From contig JBBDWL010000129.1 of assembly GCA_040902895.1 (NCBI GenBank), positions 6,913 through 70,912 on the forward strand: a stretch of DNA of 64,000 nt. The letters are read 5' to 3'. Shown here piece after piece: positions 61,577-64,000 of this stretch (position 1 is its first letter; each line of letters opens with the position of its first letter). A program made the position numbers and the translations under genes. This DNA is from Vicinamibacterales bacterium (lineage in GTDB: Bacteria > Acidobacteriota > Vicinamibacteria > Vicinamibacterales > SCN-69-37). The notes under the pieces were generated by a model, which was not told the DNA's origin, made no database searches, and worked only from the letters and a program-made list of their open reading frames with translations.

Positions 61577-63088
61577 ATGCCTTCATCGAGTACGACCGTC
61601 ACGACCTACATGAACTACATCGGCGGCGAGTGGGTGCCGTCAGAATCGGGCAAGACCTTCGAGAACCGGAATCCGGCGAACACCGACGATGTGATCGGCC
61701 TCTTCCAGAAGTCGACCGCAGCCGACGCGACACGGGCGGTCGATGCCGCGGCGCGGGCCTACGAGGACTGGCGCCTCGTGCCGGCCCCGAAGCGCGGCGA
61801 AATGCTCTTCCGCGCCGCGCAGATCATTGCCGATCGCAAGGAAGCCTTTGCGCGCGACATGACGCGCGAGATGGGCAAGGTGCTGGCCGAGACGCGCGGC
61901 GACGTGCAGGAAGCGGTCGACATGAGCTTCTTTCTGGCCGGTGAAGGCCGGCGGCTGCACGGCCAGACCACGCCCTCGGAGCTCCGCAACAAGTTCGCGA
62001 TGTCTACCCGGGTGCCGCTCGGCGTCTGCGGCATCGTGACGCCGTGGAATTTCCCGATGGCGATTCCCTCGTGGAAGATCATTCCGGCACTGGTCGCGGG
62101 CAATACGGTGGTGCTCAAGCCGGCCACGCTCACGCCGCTGTCGGCGCTCAACTTCGTCACCGCGCTGATCGATGCGGGCATTCCCAAGGGCGTCGTGAAC
62201 CTGGTGACCGGCGGCGGCGGCGACGTCGGCAACGCCATCGTCGAGGATCCGCGCGTGCGCGTGGTGTCGTTCACCGGTTCGACGGAAGTAGGCCGCGAAG
62301 TGTCGATGCGGGCGGCGCCGTCGTTCAAGAAGGTGCACCTCGAGATGGGCGGCAAGAACATCATCATGATCATGGACGATGCCGACCTCGAGCTCGCCAT
62401 TGAGGGCTGCGTGTGGGGCGGGTTCGGCACGACAGGGCAGCGCTGCACGGCCGCCAGCCGGGTGGTGGTGCACGAGAAGGTGCACGACGCCTTCGTCGAC
62501 GGGTTCGTGAAACAGGTCAAGGCGCTGCGCGTGGGCGATGGACTCGACGAGCGCATCCAGATGGGCCCTTCCGTGAACGAAGGGCAGCTCGGCACGGTGA
62601 CGGAGTACGTCGCGATCGGCCAGGCCGAGGGCGCCACGCTGGCGTGCGGCGGCACGCGGCTGTCGGATGGCGCGTACGCGAAAGGCTTTTTCCACGAGCC
62701 GACGATTTTCACTGACGTGACGCCCTCGATGCGAATCGCGCAGGAAGAGATCTTCGGCCCCGTCGTTTCCGTGATGACGTGCGGATCGCTCGAGGAGGCG
62801 ATCGCCATCGGCAACGGCGTCATCTACGGCCTGTCGGCGTCGATCTACACGCGCGACATCAACCGCGCGTTCACCGCAATGCGCGACCTCGACACCGGCA
62901 TCTTCTACGTGAACGCGCCCACCATCGGCGCCGAGGTGCACCTGCCGTTTGGCGGCACCAAGGCCACGGGCAACGGCCACCGCGAAGCGGGCATCGCCGC
63001 ACTCGAGGTGTTCTCGGAATGGAAGTCGATTTACGTCGACTTCAGCGCCAGGCTGCAGCGGGCGCAGATCGACACCGAGCAGATCTAA
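61577..63088 (+). CDS. Aldehyde dehydrogenase family protein
   Basis: 503 aa with [28 protein letters not shown] (catalytic Glu), GQRCTAASR (catalytic Cys) and EEIFGPV. An alternative start is the Met at 61610. Confidence 0.9.
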   Translation: MPSSSTTVTTYMNYIGGEWVPSESGKTFENRNPANTDDVIGLFQKSTAADATRAVDAAARAYEDWRLVPAPKRGEMLFRAAQIIADRKEAFARDMTREMGKVLAETRGDVQEAVDMSFFLAGEGRRLHGQTTPSELRNKFAMSTRVPLGVCGIVTPWNFPMAIPSWKIIPALVAGNTVVLKPATLTPLSALNFVTALIDAGIPKGVVNLVTGGGGDVGNAIVEDPRVRVVSFTGSTEVGREVSMRAAPSFKKVHLEMGGKNIIMIMDDADLELAIEGCVWGGFGTTGQRCTAASRVVVHEKVHDAFVDGFVKQVKALRVGDGLDERIQMGPSVNEGQLGTVTEYVAIGQAEGATLACGGTRLSDGAYAKGFFHEPTIFTDVTPSMRIAQEEIFGPVVSVMTCGSLEEAIAIGNGVIYGLSASIYTRDINRAFTAMRDLDTGIFYVNAPTIGAEVHLPFGGTKATGNGHREAGIAALEVFSEWKSIYVDFSARLQRAQIDTEQI

Positions 63089-63091
63089 CGC

Positions 63092-64000
63092 ATGGTCATT
63101 CAGGCGGCCGCCGTTTATATCGCGGTGTACCTGCTTGCCGCCTGGCTGGCGGATGGCACGCGGGCGGTCTTTTGGATTCGCGCCGCCGGACCGCTGCTGC
63201 CGGCGCTGGCGGCGATCGCCGTCATCGCGGGGCGCAGAACCGACTGGCAGGGCGCCCAGTCGGTATTCTGGACGGTCATTGGCGCAGGCCTGGCCATCTG
63301 GAGCGTCGGACACATCGGGTTCGTCGAGGCCAACCTGTTCACCGGAACCCTGCCGCACTGGCTCGACTGGCACACGACCTTCAGCCTCGTGGGCGGCGGC
63401 GCGGCGCCACTGCTCGCGCTGCTGGCACGTCCCCATCGGGGACGTCGCCCCTTTGCCGTGCCCGCCATCATGCTCGACATCGCGTCGATGGCGGTGCTCT
63501 TTCTGTTCATCTACACCTATTTCGTGCTCGCGCCGAATCTGGGCGCGGCGTCGGGCACCGCGGAGCGATCGCTTCAGGTGGTGATCATCATCCAGCGCCT
63601 GCTCATCCTCGGCTGCTTCGCGGCGGCGGTCTGGGCGGCGCGCGGCACGGCGTACGCGCGCGTCTTCGCGGGACTTCTTGCCGCGCTCGTGACAGGCTTC
63701 GTGTTTCGCATAGTGCTGAGCGTGCAGGTGCTCGACGATGGGCTGCCGCCCGGGGCGCTGCCGCAGGCGGTGCTCGATCTGGCCTGGATCGTTCCGTACT
63801 TCGGATGGACATGGGGCGCATACGCCGCGCCGTCATCCGCCGCCGGCGCGGAGCCCGCGGTGGCCGATGACGTGCCGTGGTGGCCGAGCGCGCTCGCCGT
63901 GGCGGTGATTCCGGTCGCCGGCTATGGCGTGCGGCTGGCGGCGCCGCTCGGCGCGCCCGTTGACGAATTGCGCGACCTGCTGACCGCCTTTGCCACGGTC
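63092..64000 (+). CDS. Polytopic membrane protein, probably the N-terminal sensor region of a signalling protein, 3'-partial (runs off the right edge)
   Basis: Absent from the ORF track because it is open-ended. My translation from ATG 63092 reads MVIQAAAVYIAVYLLAAWLADGTRAVFWIRAAGPLLPALAAIAVIAGRR...WSVGHIGFVEANLF...AIMLDIASMAVLFLFIYTYFVLAP...VVIIIQRLLILGCFAAAVWAA... It has at least 7 hydrophobic helices and no stop codon through 64000. The function is a guess. Confidence 0.5.
   Translation, partial: MVIQAAAVYIAVYLLAAWLADGTRAVFWIRAAGPLLPALAAIAVIAGRRTDWQGAQSVFWTVIGAGLAIWSVGHIGFVEANLFTGTLPHWLDWHTTFSLVGGGAAPLLALLARPHRGRRPFAVPAIMLDIASMAVLFLFIYTYFVLAPNLGAASGTAERSLQVVIIIQRLLILGCFAAAVWAARGTAYARVFAGLLAALVTGFVFRIVLSVQVLDDGLPPGALPQAVLDLAWIVPYFGWTWGAYAAPSSAAGAEPAVADDVPWWPSALAVAVIPVAGYGVRLAAPLGAPVDELRDLLTAFATV

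Noticed and set aside
61640-63436. 598-aa ORF on the minus strand
   Set aside because: It is antisense to the aldehyde dehydrogenase, which has intact catalytic Glu and Cys motifs, and to the following membrane protein. It is a shadow ORF.

Overview
High-GC (roughly 68-70%) chromosomal window. Gene content suggests Acidobacteriota, which is an inference: two ADOP-type orphan FtsX permeases (one with a PadR partner), a CarboxypepD_reg-type TonB receptor, an ECF/anti-sigma/DUF4097 module and many secreted hydrolases. I call about 55 protein genes and one tRNA-Leu(CAG). I see no rRNA, CRISPR, transposase, integrase or phage genes. Ordinary blocks include a PadR-ADOP pair, secreted peptidases (S58, S9), a TonB receptor, dut, zwf-gnd, sppA and ppiD. 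They also include a cell-shape operon (GGDEF, mreB, mreC, mreD, mrdA, rodA, rng), an ECF sigma cluster and a nucleoside salvage operon (deoA, nupC, punA, cdd). The remaining ordinary genes are mtnA-tsaD-yjbQ-NUDIX-HD, a twin ABC-2 exporter cluster, GGCT, PilZ and an aldehyde dehydrogenase. Five things stand out. (1) A four-gene, translationally coupled cluster at 38288-45341 consists of two diverged copies of a HEAT-repeat protein plus HD-GYP phosphodiesterase pair, and all four proteins share one N-terminal module. It heads an 8-gene co-directional array that ends in secreted hydrolases and an outer-membrane barrel. (2) A small signal-peptide protein with a Gly-Gly motif just before its C-terminal anchor (PA2779-like) sits next to a C39-like cysteine peptidase fused to TPR, POTRA and an Omp85-type barrel. 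(3) A dispersed ~70-nt GC-rich element has four copies, all co-oriented with transcription and all in the same reading frame. It adds peptide tails to two genes, sits in-frame inside RNase G, and fills the mreB-mreC spacer. (4) AT-richer repeats with 7-nt periodicity sit beside stop codons and GC hairpins at six intergenic loci, including perfect 28-bp and 22-bp inverted repeats. (5) A GGDEF cyclase is translationally coupled to mreB, and an alkyltransferase-like (Cys to Ala) MGMT homologue is present. All domain calls come from reading the translations; no database search was run.
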